Position numbers and translations under genes: made by a program
Shown here: piece after piece, positions 1-13,897 of the stretch
Layout: every line of letters begins with the position of its first letter
Position numbering within the stretch: the first letter of the stretch is position 1
Source: Eledone cirrhosa
Lineage: Eukaryota
DNA length: 64,000 nucleotides
Assembly (NCBI GenBank): GCA_964016885.1
Contig: OZ024742.1
Location: forward strand, 354,950,001-355,014,000
Direction: 5' to 3'
The notes under the pieces: generated by a model
What the model saw: the letters and a program-made list of their open reading frames with translations, nothing else
What the model was told of the DNA's origin: nothing
Databases searched by the model: none

Positions 1-256
1 TCAGCCAATCCCGAATCCAGCCGATATTGTGCTCGCCGAAGGACAGAATGCTGTGGTAAAGTGATATTATGAGTTATATTTGCGTTAATACTACCCACTT
101 ATCTGCCTAATTTGGGGTCAATATATAATGGTATCCTAATGAAGGTAAATAGGCAAAATTAACAGTTATTAATTGTAGCAAATTAAAGAATACAAGGTAT
201 ATAATGTGATAACTTAGACAAAAACTAGTAAATATAATCCTCCATCGAATGAATTA

Positions 257-311
<55 letters not shown>

Positions 312-326
312 TACACACACACACAC

Positions 327-380
<54 letters not shown>

Positions 381-384
<4 letters not shown>

Positions 385-1500
385 TGATGGTTAGCGGAAA
401 TTATAATATTTCCTCTGTCTCAAATTTTGAATGACCCGCCAAAAACCGGGGGTTATTTCCCTTGCTGGAAATAACACGTGACAACTAAATACACAATACG
501 CTGCAGCTAGCGGCAACATTTAGCTTCTCGCCCCGTTCTTTGGTAGAACGAAAACCTGTTGATGAACTGAATCCTCTGTTAGATCACGAATACCACGAGC
601 TTGCCAGTTACGTAAGTCTATATTTGATTTCGGATTCATAGAAACACTTTAAACGCATAACGTTTATTTGTCCAGGTGTATTTTTCTCAACCTGTTAGTT
701 CTTTCGTTACTTTGGTATATTGTGTGTTAGATTTTACCTACCACAATGTTCAATTTGTCAAGTTATTTAAACGTATGTGATTACTCTAAGGACCTACCGT
801 GTCGAGTGCTTTGCTAACTCATTCATATAGTAGGCCGAATTTGCTTACACACCGCCAGAGATTCGATTTTACTAAGTATCCAATTATATTATTCTCTCCT
901 AGATTTAATAATTAACTAATTAATTTAATTAGACAATTCTGTTGATTGGTAAATTGTTTGTATTTGTTTAATAACATCTGGTCGAGACCTTATTCTGATG
1001 GTTAGCTGAAATTATAATATTCCCTTTGTATAACATGTTGAATGACCCGCCAAAAACCGGGGTTTATTTCCATTGCTGGAAATAACACGTGACAACTAAA
1101 TAACGATACGCTGCAGCTAGCGGCGACACTTAGCTTTTCGCCCCGTTCTTTGGTAGAGCGAAAAGCTGTTGATGAACTGAATCCTCTGTTCGATCATGAA
1201 TACCACGAACTTGCCAGTTACGTAAGTCTGATATTTGATTTCGGATTCATAGAAGCACTTTAAACGTATAACGTTTGATTTGTCCAGGTGTATTTTTCTC
1301 AACATGTTAGTCATTTCGTTACTTTGGTATATTATGTGTTACATTTTGCCTACCACAATGTTCAATTTGTCAAGTTATTTAAACGTATTTTATTACTCTA
1401 AGGACCTACCTTGTCGAGTGCTTTGCTAAGTCATTCATATAGAGGCCGAATTTGCTTGCACACCGCCAGAGATTCGATTTCACTAAGTATCCAATTATAT
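381..1500. repeat. Diverged direct duplication (~510-bp copies, 611-bp offset) flanked by (TA)n
   Basis: ATTCTGATGGTTAGC...AAGTATCCAATTATAT occurs at 381-892 and 992-1500. Confidence 0.9.
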
Positions 1501-1897
1501 ATATATATATGTATATATATTTTTTTGTTCACATGAAATAGGTTTAATACTAGGCTTAATTCACTTAGACAATAGAGTTGACTACCCCCCGCAAATAGAA
1601 TTACTTCATGGTCTTGATATTATGTTTTGGTAATGGAAATTATAGTTATCAATACGAATGAAAAGTAGGAATTGAAACCCTGATTTTAAGTAAATAAGGA
1701 ATACATCGTAAAAAGTGGAGCGTTAACATTTAAAAAGCCAATAAGTTAATATCATCCTTCATCACTTGAAATTAGCAACGAAAAGCAATAAAATGTATGA
1801 AAACATTGATAAATCAATGAAAGTAACAAAGAAAAAACCTAATAATAACATAGTGATAGAGGAAAGAGATTAAAAAAATATACACAAAAATACATAA

Positions 1898-2083
1898 CTG
1901 TTTCTACTGTGGGACAAGGCCAGCAATTATCCAGTGCATTACTGGTACTTTATTTTATCGACCCCGTAAGGATGAAAGGCAAAGTTAACCTCGGCAGGAT
2001 TTGAATTCAGATCACACAGGGAAGTAACTTTATGCTTCAAAGCATGGCGTCCGACCCTCTACCGATACTGCCAATCCACCGCC
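1898..2083 (-). mobile_element. tRNA-derived SINE, full length, with 17-bp TSD
   Basis: Matches the SINE copies at 27-29 kb and 52.5 kb; A/B-box-like head; TACAC(A/G)AAAATACATAA at 1881-1897 and 2084-2100. Confidence 0.85.
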
Positions 2084-2231
2084 TACACGAAAATACATAA
2101 ATATAGGTTAAAAGTACGTATTGAGAGCTGAAATGAAAATATGTAAGAACCAATGTTTTTACACCTATAGGTAAGTTTATCGAGAAAGAAATGGTTGATA
2201 TTGTGAATTCCATCATCGGACGAAATACTTT

Positions 2232-2390
2232 GTGACAGAGAGTTACAGCCTTTTAAGTTCGGAGTTCAAATCTCACCAAGATCAACTTTGGCTTTCAACC
2301 CTACGAGTCGATAACATAAAGGACCAGTAATGCACTGATGACGAGTTAATCGACTTTCCCCTCCCCTATGTGTTTCAGAAACCATTCCTA
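2232..2390 (+). mobile_element. Older, diverged SINE of a related family
   Basis: GAGTTCAAATCTCACCAAGATCAACTTTGGCTTTCA...CCAGTAATGCACTG matches the SINE core. Confidence 0.65.
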
Positions 2391-2444
2391 ATAGTAATGT
2401 TCTCCTTTTTGTTATTATTGAAGTTGCAATTAACAATAATATTT

Positions 2445-2710
2445 GGGTCCTGTGAATGGCCTGACGCTGACTCAAGATTGGAAAAGAAAAACTGGTAGAT
2501 GGCAGTTTGCCCAATCGGACAGGGTCACCGTGGGTTTTATTGGAGAAACCCTTAGAATCTCCTCACCCCTGGAGGAGTCATATTTTTTTTAAATGTATTT
2601 TCTTAGTCTCTATTATGAATTTTATTTTACACAGAGTAAAACCCTCAATGTATCGCCATGCATTTTCTTTAATGTTTCATTAATGTGCTTAATAAACAAA
2701 TCCTTATTAT
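2445..2710 (+). mobile_element. Tx1 array unit 0: 3'-terminal fragment (end of ORF2 plus 3' UTR)
   Basis: GTGAATGGCCTGACGCTGA...GAAAAACTGG...TTGCCC...CAGGGTCACCGTGG aligns by eye to unit 5 at 26488-26580; ends AATAAA...TTATTAT. Confidence 0.6.
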
Positions 2711-2717
2711 AAGAACA

Positions 2718-4061
2718 ATGAGGAAGCTATCACTGAAAGGTCGAGCGGAGGTGGCGAACACGTACATCGCGTCCGTCATCTACTACCGTCTGATCGTTGT
2801 CCCTTGTCCCCGTTCGCGCCTCGTCATCTTGGAGCGGCTCCTCTTCAAATTCTGTGGATGGGTCAGGTTCCCTTGGTGAGGCGGTCCATCTGCTGCCAGC
2901 ACCCTCTACTTGGAGGGCTGGCCATGCCGTGGCTAATGATGCGCAGACACGCGCTGGGGCTGCGGCATATCCAGATATTCTGCCTAAACGGTGAACAGGT
3001 CTGGTCGCCGTTTGTCAGACGGGCCTTTCCGCAGCTCGTCTCTTTGACTGAGCTGCATTCCTGGGTCAAGAAGAAACCGAGACTGGGTGACTGGCATTGG
3101 AATGTTGCCAGACACTCACCTCCCTCTACCAGGTGGGCAATGCGGTCAGTGGAACTTCCACTCTCGATTTCTATAGAGGATTAGTAGTAGGCAAGTGCAA
3201 CGCCGCACACGGAGAGACTCTGGGAGTCGACGAAGTTGAACTAACAAGTCTGATCCGTAGGTCTTTTGAGCCGAGGACGATGGATCATTTCCAAAAATCC
3301 CTCACTTGGCAGTACTACCGGGGGGCACTACTGGTTCGAGATAAACTCTACAGCCACGGAAGTGCTGTCAGACGGTTCTGCCCGAGGTGCGCGCAGAGCG
3401 ACGAAACCGTTCTGCACGCACTCGTCCAGTGTCCGTGCATTACTGACTTGTGGAGTTATGCCGAACAGCTGTTGTCGCGTGTATAACGGATCCAGCTATC
3501 GGATGATTCCATAGTGAAATCGACCCGCCGCCTTCTTTTGGGCAGGAAGGAGAGGAAATCTTCCTCTCTGGTGGCAGTAGCGAAAGAGGTTGTATGGTGC
3601 ACGATGTTGAAATGACTGAAGACAGACTCTTATCTCTTAGGCCAATCCCTCATCAACTTTTTCAAGTTTTACTTAGACAGGAAGGTGAGGGTGGAGAGAG
3701 AAGTACTGCCCCCCCCCCCCAGTACATTTGTTGAAAGGTGGGTGAATGAGGCGAGAATGGGCCGTGTGAGTGGGCCTACTCTGGTCATGCGCCTGTAGGT
3801 GGGTAAATTTGAGGAGAAGAGGGGTGCCCTTCCAGGGTGCTCTCGAAGCGTCGGGGCGTTCAGGATTGGTGGGGTACCTGAGCGAACCCTGGGTGGTCAC
3901 CCTCCTATTGGGCATTTTTCTTGTTGTATTTTATAGTTACTTTGTTATTGTATGTTTACTCGATTCTTCTGTAAAACCACACTGTCGCAGTCTTTTATAT
4001 GTCCCCTATATGTCGGCCCTTGTGGCCAATACATTAAATCATTATTATTATTATTATTATT
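2718..4061 (+). mobile_element. Tx1 array unit 1: 5'-truncated Tx1/L1-clade element with (ATT)n tail
   Basis: Frameshifted ORF2 C-terminal half (RKLSLKGRAEVAN, CPRCAQSDETVLHALVQC), then 3' UTR and ATT repeats at 4041-4061. Confidence 0.9.
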
Positions 4062-4275
4062 GTTGGTGAAGCCACGCTTCTTATCGCCTCCAGTTTTTTA
4101 CAACGTTTTACCTCTTTCAACCGTTCCAAACCTTTTATTCAAGTTTTAAATTTGATAAAAGTTTAGAAGAAATGATCCACCTAATAAAGGGGTTCACTAG
4201 TAAATCATGCGGCACCATTTTACGGGGTGTCGTATTCGTATTTGTGTAAAAATATTTTTTTTGAAAAATGTCAAC

Positions 4276-6300
4276 ATGCATAAAACAAGAGAGAGAGCGC
4301 TGTCAGACAACACAGAGAGAGGGAGACTTTATCAGCATGTCAACAAGACAGCGTTCCAGCGGTGGTAAATATAAACGAAAATATTATAAAGGAAAAAAAG
4401 ATTGTTACAGACTTAAAATTAACAAATATTTCTAACACAAACAACACCGACAATAACACTAACAACAACACCATCAATAACAACAGCAACAACAAAAATA
4501 CCAGCGGTAAAGTCGAGAACGACAATAACAAAAATAACAGCGGTAAGGTCGAGAACGACAATAACATTGACAATAACAACAGCCACAACAACAATAATAG
4601 TAGGAACAGTATCAACAAAAACAACAATAATAACAACAGCCACAATAACAGTAACAACAGCAACAGTATCAACGAAAACAACAACAACAACACCAACAAA
4701 TGTACCAGCGAAAACAACAACAGTGACATCGATACCTGTAATAGCGACCTCAGCACCACCAGTAAGACCAGTAGAGGCAGCAATAGTGGTGCTGCTGAAA
4801 AAGAGACTACTTCTTTTGCAGGTATCGCCCGAAATATCGAGACAGTGTTAGTCACAGAGGAGATGGGTGTTGCAAGGGCCATGGTGACCCGATTTTTTCA
4901 AGGAGCAGCAGCTACGGACGTTGACTTACAGCACCGTAAGCAAAATATCACATCGAGTGGAGAGAGCCACGGAGGCTAAAATCCAAAAGTCTGGGCACGC
5001 AAAACCCACATCACCCGAGGCAGAAAGTACGCCACAGTAGACGTATATTTCGCCACCCCCCAGGAAGCAAAGTCTCACTCTTTGGAAACCCTAAAGAGTG
5101 AGGAGATAGTCTTGGTGCCCTCCTACTGCGGGCAGAAAATTGTGAGGGTCAAAGTGACCCAGGTCCCACCCGACGTGCCCATACCTTGGTTGGCCGCGTC
5201 TGTCCTTGCTTAAATTGAGAACAGGGCGACCATGCTGCAAGTAGAAAAAATACGGAGAGAGAACTGGTTAGGTATAGGCATGCAAATACTTATACAAACT
5301 GAGCAGGAATGTATAGACGCTATACCCGTTATCATAGACATCGAGGAAGGACTCCAGCTCCTTATAAGTGTAGATGGAAGACGGCCAAAATGTTATCTCT
5401 GTGGGTCGAAGGGTCACCTCAGGGCCTTTTGCCCGCAGAAGACACCGAAGAGAGCCCCTCTCCTTCCAATACCTGGTCCGCTGCTACCAAGAGCAGAACA
5501 GGCAACAAACGAAGAAGCCCCTTCCACGGTGAGTAGGACCCGTACCAAGGCCACGGATAACTAAAGCAGCATCATCAGTAGCGGTAACACCAATAGCTAC
5601 ATTTGAAGTAGCTACACCAGCAACAAGATTGCCGAAGAGGGCTCAACTACCACCACCAACAGCCGTGGAGAACATAATCTCTCAGACACCACATAATTCG
5701 ACATGGAGTTTGAGGCGGGAGTGAAGTGGCAAACGGTCTGCCACAAAAAACAAAAAACAAAAAAAACCTTAGATTCACCCTCCAAAAGCGAAGGCATACA
5801 AAGAGGGGTAAAGAGAGCAAGGAAACTTGCAGCAACACCACCACCATCACCACCACAATCACCACCAAAAACACCAACAACGCAAACACAACAAGACACT
5901 CACCAAACGGCAACAAGAAGAAAACACACACAACGCAAACACAACAAGACACACACCAAACAGCAACAAGAAAACAGCAACACAATCACGCCTCCCCACA
6001 AAAAGTACAGTCATAAACATGGCAAAAAAAGAACTCATACAATATATAAAGCAGCACACAGACATCACAGAACAAAACTACTACACCCCACCAATACCAA
6101 TAACTCTCCCGACAAACATAAGCATAATCGAAATCTCAATAGAACAGTACAAACCTTTAAAACAAAAATTCCCCAACGCAGTTGGAGACTTCGGAGGGAC
6201 GGTTACCAAGCGGATATACACTGACATCCCCTTGGAAACACCCATGACCAGCGAAAGGGACGGTTCTACTTTCCCTTCACCATACGAAAATGGTAAGTGA
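4276..6300 (+). pseudogene. Unit 2 ORF1 (gag-like), disrupted
   Basis: Asn-rich N-terminus, CYLCGSKGHLRAFC knuckle, Lys/Pro/Thr-rich linker; stops and frameshifts; start inferred by analogy with other units. Confidence 0.8.
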
Positions 6301-6332
6301 CCCTTTCTCACTTGCCCCGTTTCTCTTCAAAC

Positions 6333-9300
6333 ATGGCTGTACTCAGAATAGGCAGTATAAATGCACGTGGCCTGATGTCATGTTGGAAGCAGGGTCACCT
6401 GCTCAATGAACTCAGGTCTTTAAACATAGATGTGGTAGCCATCAGTGAAACCAGAATCTCCGAAACACGGGCCTTCGCACCGATCTTCGGCCTCTACGAT
6501 GTATACGCATCTCCCAGCCGTCCAGGATCGGGGGAGGGATTTCCGTCCTTTTTTGGAGAGGCTTGGATCTCGCGATACGGGCCATCTTCCTGGACCCAGA
6601 GGGTAAGTCGATGGTGCTGGCGGTGACCGGCACTGGAGGCAATGCTTTCGGGCTAGTAGCCGTCTACATTCCAACGGGGGCAGGACCGCCAGACTTCTTC
6701 ACACGTCTAGAGACCTTTCTTGTAACATCTCGATTTTAGTGTTAGTGGGCGACCGAAACGGTAACTTGGATGCACGCTGGGATCGTGTGGGGCTAGATAA
6801 TAGGGGAGGAGGGTGCAAGAGCCTCACCAACCTGCTCAGACGTTTTGAAATGTCTGACAGGTATGGACTGGATCACCCGAATGTGCCATGTGGACATGGA
6901 CAAACCGTATCGGGTCATCCAGATCGTATCTCGATAGGGTATTATGCAGAGAACTAGATAAGGCTAGTATAAATTGTCCACAATTTCAAATAGTAGACTA
7001 CACAGACCACACATTTGTGATCTGTGATATCGACATAGACAGACTTCATAGACAAGGGCCTGGTTACTGGAAGCTGAACGCGTTTTTCCCGGCGCGCAAA
7101 GCCTACAGAGACCGGATTAGCGTATTAGTTAAGCGGGCGTTGACGGTAGCGGTCGTCAACAACAGGTGGTGGTTCACCCTGATAAGGGCAATTAAAGTAG
7201 AGACGATTAGGTTTAGCAAAGGAGTAGTTATAGAGGAAAAAGAATAGAGGGAGAGCTAGTCAGAAAGCTAGAAGAGGCGTTTAGGACAGGCATCGCAACC
7301 GATGTGTTTGCGGCGAGATTGGCACTCGACCATTACTTCAACGCAAAACAGGAAGGCTGCGTTGTCAGAGCTAGAGCGCGTGCTCTGAAACACGAGGGAA
7401 CAAAAGCCGTCCAATGGGCTGGGGTGGCAGAGGTGCGACGTGGCAACAAAGCCACAATTCGGTCTTTGTCTGACCAAAACGGGTGCGTGATGCTCGAACC
7501 CGACCGATGTGTGAAGCTTTTCAGCAGCACTTTGCTGAAATGTTCGGGAGCGGCGGCGGCCCGGATCAGGGCATGGACTTCAGTGCATACCTCGACGGAC
7601 TGCCTCGGTTCTCGACAACCGCAGCACAGTGTTGCGAAAAGCCAATAACAGCTGGTGAAATACGGTAAGCGATGACTAACTGCACAAGGGGTAAATCGCC
7701 AGGTTTAGATGGTCTGCACTACGAGCTTTATGCATTTATGCCAGACTTGTTCGGTGACCTCTTGCAGACGTCTAATGCAACTGGCAGCAGAACGGGAGCA
7801 TTCCCAGTTTTGTGAGCCGGGGGCAGTGGCGCTGCTGAGAAAAGACCCGAACACGGGGGATGTTATCGATAATTTCAGGCCCATAACCCTGCTAAACGCA
7901 GAGTTCAAGGTGTTAGCAACGAGGTTGGCGCTTGTCGTCAAGCGTCTGGTGGGAGAGGCGCAGACATGCGCCATTCCGGACAGATCTATACACGACAACC
8001 TCCACCTCATGCGATACATATTAGAGAGGGTGGTTAAGGAACCTGGCAAGGGTGGGGCCCTGATCAACTTGGATCAATCCAAAGCATTCGATAGGGGCGA
8101 CCATCGGTACCTGGCGGCTGTTTTCGAGGCAGCCGGTTTCGGCCCCGTTTTCAGGGGTTGGATCGCAGCAATGTACAGCGACATCTGCTCAATTGTGAGG
8201 GTGAACGTTCACCTGTCGCAGCCGTTCAGCATCATGCGCTCAGTCCGCCAGGGTTGTCCCTTCTCGTCGCTTTTGAACGTATTGGCTCTCGAGCCGTTAC
8301 TGCACAAACTGGGGGCGATGAGGGGCGTACCATGCGAACTAGGATGCGGTAAATCCAAGTCGGCTCACGCTGACGACGTCACCGTGGTGGTTCGTGCACC
8401 ATACACGTGCAGATGCTCGGCACCGCTCTCAAGGAATACGAAGCGGTGACAGGAGCAAAGATAAACCAGGAAAAGTTGGTGGGCTTGCAGCTCGGCACCT
8501 GGAGAGGGAAGTCCATGCCGTCCGACAGCGTCGTGGGGCGTTGGATGGACGGACCGGTTAAATTGCTCGGGGTCTGGTTCGGACCGGACCTCAAGATGGA
8601 GAAAAAACTGGAACGAGGTGACGAGCAGGGTGGCCTCCCTCACCCAGAAATGGGCTGAGAGGAAGCTGTCCCTGAAAGACCGGGTGGAAGTGGCAAATGC
8701 GTACATGGCATCCGTCATCTGCTACCGCCTCACCGTCGTCCCTTGCTCCAGCCCAACTCTCACCAAAATGGAGCGCCTCTTCTTCCGCTTTTTGTGGAAG
8801 GTTGGTGCTCCCATGGTCAGACGATCCATCTGCTGTCAACACCCGTTGCGTGGGCATGCCATTGCTGATGATGCGCAAACATGCGCTGCGGCTGCGACAT
8901 CTCTGGTGCTTCCTTGATGTTGAACGGGTGTGGTCACCGTTCGCCAGGCACGTTTTCCCACAGCTCGTCTCCTTGACGGAGCTGCAGTCCTGGGTCCGAA
9001 AAAGACCGAGGGATAGCGCTCAGTTCGGCACCAATATCGGTGGAACATCCACCTTGGCGTTCTATAGAGGACTAGTGGAGGGGAAGCGCGACGACATTCT
9101 CGGAGAGATCCTGGGCGTCGAGAAGATCAGCTGTTTGCTCTCTTCCGGAGAACTTTCAGCCCGGGGCCTATGGATAACTTCCCAAAATTCCTGGCCTGGC
9201 AGTGCTACCGGGGAGCGCTGCCGGTTCGAGATAAACTCTACAGGCACGGAAGTGCCGTCAGCCGAGCCTGTCCGAGATGCGCGCAGAGCGACGAAACCGT

Positions 9301-9684
9301 TGTGCACGCACTCGTTCAGTACCCGAGCATTGCTGACTTGTGGAGCTATGTCGAACAGTTGCTGTCACGTGTGGGACTGATCCGGTTGTCGACTGAGTCC
9401 ATTGTGCAGATGGTCTCGCCGTCTTCCTTTAAGGAGGAAGGGCAGGCGGTTTTCATCTACCTGGTGGCCATGGCAAAAGAGATTGTGTGGTGGACAAGGT
9501 TAAAAGGGTTAAGACAAACACTTTCCTCTTCGGCGAATCCATAATTAACTTTTTCAAGTTTCACTTGAAGAGGAAAATCAGGGTGGAAAGGCAAGTGCTG
9601 CTTTCTAGCAAGTTTGTTGAAAGGTGGGTGAATGTAGCGAGAATGGTCCGAGTGAACGGGACCACTCTGAATATACGTCTGTAG
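6333..9684 (+). pseudogene. Unit 2 ORF2 (AP endonuclease, reverse transcriptase, CCHC), frameshifted
   Basis: MAVLRIGSINARGL, AISET, VGDRN, YTDH; NFRPITLLN, LDQSKAFD, RQGCP, HADD; CPRCAQSDETVVH. Confidence 0.92.
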
Positions 9685-9990
9685 TTTGAGAGATGGGAAA
9701 ATTGAGAGAGGGCGCTTGCCCTGGTGGTTAGGGTGGCCGTGGTCTACTGTGTGGTTTTCGCCACGAGTAAACCTCGGAGGTTTCCCCCTATTGGGGAATT
9801 TTTCATTGTTTCAATTTTCATTTTTAATGTTTATATATATATATGTTTTATGTCCTTTTTTTCTTTTCTTATAAAAATAATAAAAATATTTACACGCACA
9901 AAACCCACATCGTACCGTCCTGTGCCGTCTGTAATGTTTTTGTTGATGTCAGCCCTTGTGGCCAATAAAGAAATAATAATTATTATTATT

Positions 9991-12900
9991 GTTCTTTGAT
10001 TCTCAGTCATTGATGTTATTTAACAGGAAAGTTTGTTGAAATGAATATCAAGCCACTACCTGCAGCGTCAGATATTCAGGACGTATTGGAGGGTTCTTGC
10101 TGTTCCCAGCAAGCATGCCTTTTGAATCGTTCCAAAAAACGTGGCGGGGCCAATTTTCTTTGACCATCCCTGGAAACCTTTTGAGATAGTACCTAGTGCG
10201 CCTATGACAATCGGGACCACTTTGACTTCATGGCAGTTCCAAATCCTTTTTACCTCCCACATTAAATCCTGGTATCGGTTAATTTTCTCCCTCTCCTTCT
10301 CTTGCACTCTCGTTTCGAATGGGCAGGCCACATCCACAATCAGGCACGATATTTTGTCCTTGTCCAAAACCACCAGGTCAGGTCTATTGTATTCCAGTTT
10401 CTTGTCCGTCTGTATCCTAAAATCCCATAGCACCTTCACCTGATCGTTTTCTATCACCGACTCTGGCTTATGCTCATACCACTTCTCAGAATGTGGTAAA
10501 TTGTTTACTTTGAATAGGTGCCAGTGGATCACCCTGCACATCACATCATGTCTCCAGCCCTTATAGTGAGTCTGGTCTAGGTGTTTACTCTCGGATACAA
10601 TGTGAGCCACAGTCTCCTCTCTCTCTCCACAGATCCTGCACAGTGGGCTAGCCTCCTCCTTGTAAATATGGGTTTTCAACCATTTCGTTTTGAGGGCCTG
10701 CTCTTGCGCAGCCATTTGCATTCCTTCTGTAGCCTTTTTAACGTCTCCTCTTTTCAACCAGTTCCATGTCTGTGGATCTCTGAATTCATTTTTCTCAAAG
10801 AAGGTACTATGAAGGGATTTTTCATGAAGGCTGCTCTTTCTCCTTGTTATTTCCTCCTTGGACAACCCCTGGTCTATTGTCCTGTCCTTCAGTACAATTC
10901 TGAGCATTGGCTCCTTACTATCAGTCACGTATTTGTGTAGGTTATTTTTCTCCATCCGAACAAAGTCCTCTATGCTGATAAGACCACTTTCACCTTCAGA
11001 TCTCCTTAAGTAGAGTCTATCGACATCACTCCTCTTGTGGAACATGTTGTAGATAGTCAATAGCTTCCTGGTCTTCCTATCCATTTCTTTTTGTTCATCA
11101 ACATTCCATCTCAGCATTCCCGCACTGTACCTAATAATAGACACAGCTAGGGAATTTACTGCACTTATGGCATTCCTACTGTTCAGATGTGACTTTAATA
11201 CGCTCCTTACTCTCCGAATGTATTCATATCTTATCAAATACTTCATTTGTTTGTTCTTGATGTCATCAGCCTCCAGAACACCCAAATACTTGTATCCTTC
11301 TCCAGTGTCAATTTCCTTTATCATCTCACCTGTTGGTACGTGGATTCTGTTGCTTCTGCTCAATTTACCCCTCTTCATCACAAGGACTCCACACTTACTA
11401 ATACCAAATTGTATACATATATCATTGCTGAAAATACGGACAGTGTCAACAAGCACATCCAACACCTTCTCACTCTTCCCGAAGAGCTTAAGATCGTCCA
11501 TGAAGGGGAGGTCATTGATGGTAAGCCCTCCCTTTCCCAACTTGTATCCTGCTCTCACTTTTCGCAGTATAATGGTCAGGGGCATCAGGGCAAGGACAAA
11601 CAACAGAGGGGACAGACTATCTCCATGGAAGATACCTCTCTTGGTCGTCACGCCTCCCAAGGATACTCCAGCTGATGTTAACTCTGCTTTCCAGGACTTC
11701 ATACTTTTGCCCAATATCTTTTGATGTTATCTGCCACCTTGAAGATCTCTAGGCTTTTGGTGATCCAAGAATGAGGCACCATGTCAAATGCCTTTTTATA
11801 GTCTATCCATCCCATGGCAAGACCAGTGTGTCTCCTCTTGCAATTACTCATTACCATCTTATCAATAAGTAACTGGCCCGGTACTTCTTTCGGCATCCTT
11901 TTTGTTCGTCCGATAACAAGTTGTTTGTGTGCAGGTGATGGTAGATTTCCTCAGACATAATGTTTGTCAACAGTTTCTACATTACAGACAAACGTGATAG
12001 GTCTATAATTGGAAACATCATTACCCTTGATTCGGTCTTTCATTACCAGAACTGTGGTATCTTTTCTCAACCACTCTGGTACCTGACATCAAGCAGTCAT
12101 TGAACATGGTTGTCAGTTTCGGGTGGAGGGATGTTATATTTTTAATCCAATACACCTGCACACCATCTGGGCCTGGTGATTTCCAGTTGGTTAGTATTTT
12201 GGCCTGCCCCTTAAGAGTTTCAACTGTGATACTCAAATCAGTCTGTTGGTGTGCCTGTTCACTAATCTCCTTTTGTACTATTTCAATCCACACTTCCTGG
12301 TCATTATGTTTAACATCCTACTCCCATATTACTCTCCAGAATGTCTTAGTTTGCTCCGCCTCAGGGATCAAGTCGTTGCCTCTTTCTTTCCCTTCAAGCT
12401 GTCCAAACAGCATCTTCTGGTTGTTGTGAAACATGCGGTTCTGTCTATACTGATTGACTCTACTCTCGTATCGCCTAATTTTTGCACTCTTTGCTACAAT
12501 GCGTTGCTTCAGTTCCTCTATGATAATACTTAGCTTTTTCCTACTAGTTTTGTACTTTATTTCCAGTCTATTTTTAGTGTCTATGTGTTTTAGTGTCTCA
12601 GTAGGGACTCAAGCTTTCCAATATCATTTCTCATTTCCCTGATTTTACCATTCAGTCGTTTCTTCCACCAAGGTTCTGATCTTTCTTGTTTGTTGTTTCC
12701 TCTCGCTTGTATGCCAAGTAAGTTCCTCACCGCATTTGCTGTTGCTTTGAGGATATTGTTGCACTGGTGAAGGCTCTTCGCCTCAAGGTATGGGATGACT
12801 TTGTTTACCTTAGCTGTTGTTTCTTTTAACTTTTTACTGTCTACAAATCTTATGTTCACAGGTTTCCCACTATCATTGTTCAATTCATCTACCACTAAGT

Positions 12901-13669
12901 TTAGGATATCAACCAAATCTTGTCCTAGCCCGTCAGCATTCATCTCCTCAATGGCCGTATCTCTGTTCCAGGTATTATTTATTTCTGCATTCAGATCATT
13001 GTCTGCTTCGGATGGTTCCTCCGTTCTCTCAACCTCTTCACCTTCATTTCCCACTGGCTCGTTTGCCTGGCATACTCTACTCTCCATTTCGAACCTAATC
13101 TCTCTGCCCAGTTCCTCCAGTTCCAGCTAGCTTATCCACCCATCAGTTCTTTTTATCCGAGCCTGCCCGGCCAATTTTTGTTCATCTAATTTTACTAGAC
13201 CAATCTCGTTCCAGATGTTATGCATCCGTTTCCTATAGCCTTTCTCCTTGGGGATGCTCTTCAGATAACATTGCATAACAGTTCTATTCAATTCTTTCGT
13301 CCAGTTGGTTCTGGTCCCTTTCCTTCTTCTTCCTCCGACACCAGCAGTACTTGGTTGACAGCCAGGTCCCTGCTGCTGAGACATGGAGCACCTGCTGGGT
13401 GAGAGTTTGTCACATGACATTCCAGTCTCCACTTCACCGTTATTCGAACTTTTTAGGTTCGGCATTTAAACACTCTTATCGAGGATTGGTGAATGTATGG
13501 TTACATAACCACCGGCGATTTCATCACCCCCCGTGATTTTAGTGTGGCACTATCACGCTGTAGACGAACATAAATAAACAAGCAAACAAACAGGTAAAAA
13601 CAAAACGCCAATTGTAATGTAATGTTTGAATGTCTGACTTAGTTCTTCCCCCTTCCTTCTTTGTCTGTC
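9991..13669 (-). mobile_element. R4-clade (Dong-like) non-LTR retrotransposon with restriction-like endonuclease, ~3.7 kb, inserted in (TAA)n
   Basis: Single frameshifted ORF with RT and RLE; TTA/TAA repeats on both sides (9978-9990 and 13670-13692). Confidence 0.85.
10068..13465 (-). pseudogene. R4/Dong-like ORF (RT plus CCHC/PD-D RLE), several frameshifts
   Basis: NWKSPGPDG, WIDYKKAFD, GIFHGDSLSP, FMDD, YKYLG, CRICGEREETVAH, RHD, RPDLVV, IVDVACP, PIVIGALG. Confidence 0.92.
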
Positions 13670-13897
13670 TTATTATTATTATTATTATTATTGGTCTAAG
13701 CGGACGTATTTTGCTCGCTCACAGTAAGTCGCTTTATTTGCCTGTTTAAATTATTTTTTGTTAAATATTTCTTGTTGTGTAAGGGATATAAGCCCTTAGA
13801 CTTTGCCCCGTGAAGGGGAAAGTATAATATTTGGGCCTTTTGGCCAAAATATTTGAACTTTTTTTACATGTTAAAAAATTTACGAAGAAAAAAAAAC

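Larger units (their letters stand above)
4062..9990 (+). mobile_element. Tx1 array unit 2: full-length (~5.9 kb) decayed Tx1/L1-clade element
   Basis: 5' UTR, ORF1 with zinc knuckle, ORF2 with APE, RT and CCHC, 3' UTR, AATAAA, ATT tail. Confidence 0.92.

Noticed and set aside
1-60. Possible exon end (QPIPNPADIVLAEGQNAV followed by GTAAAG)
   Set aside because: Too short and cut by the window edge
4340-4882. Poly-Leu/Val membrane-like ORFs on the minus strand (also 14066, 25764, 58530)
   Set aside because: Antisense readings of AAC or CTA repeats
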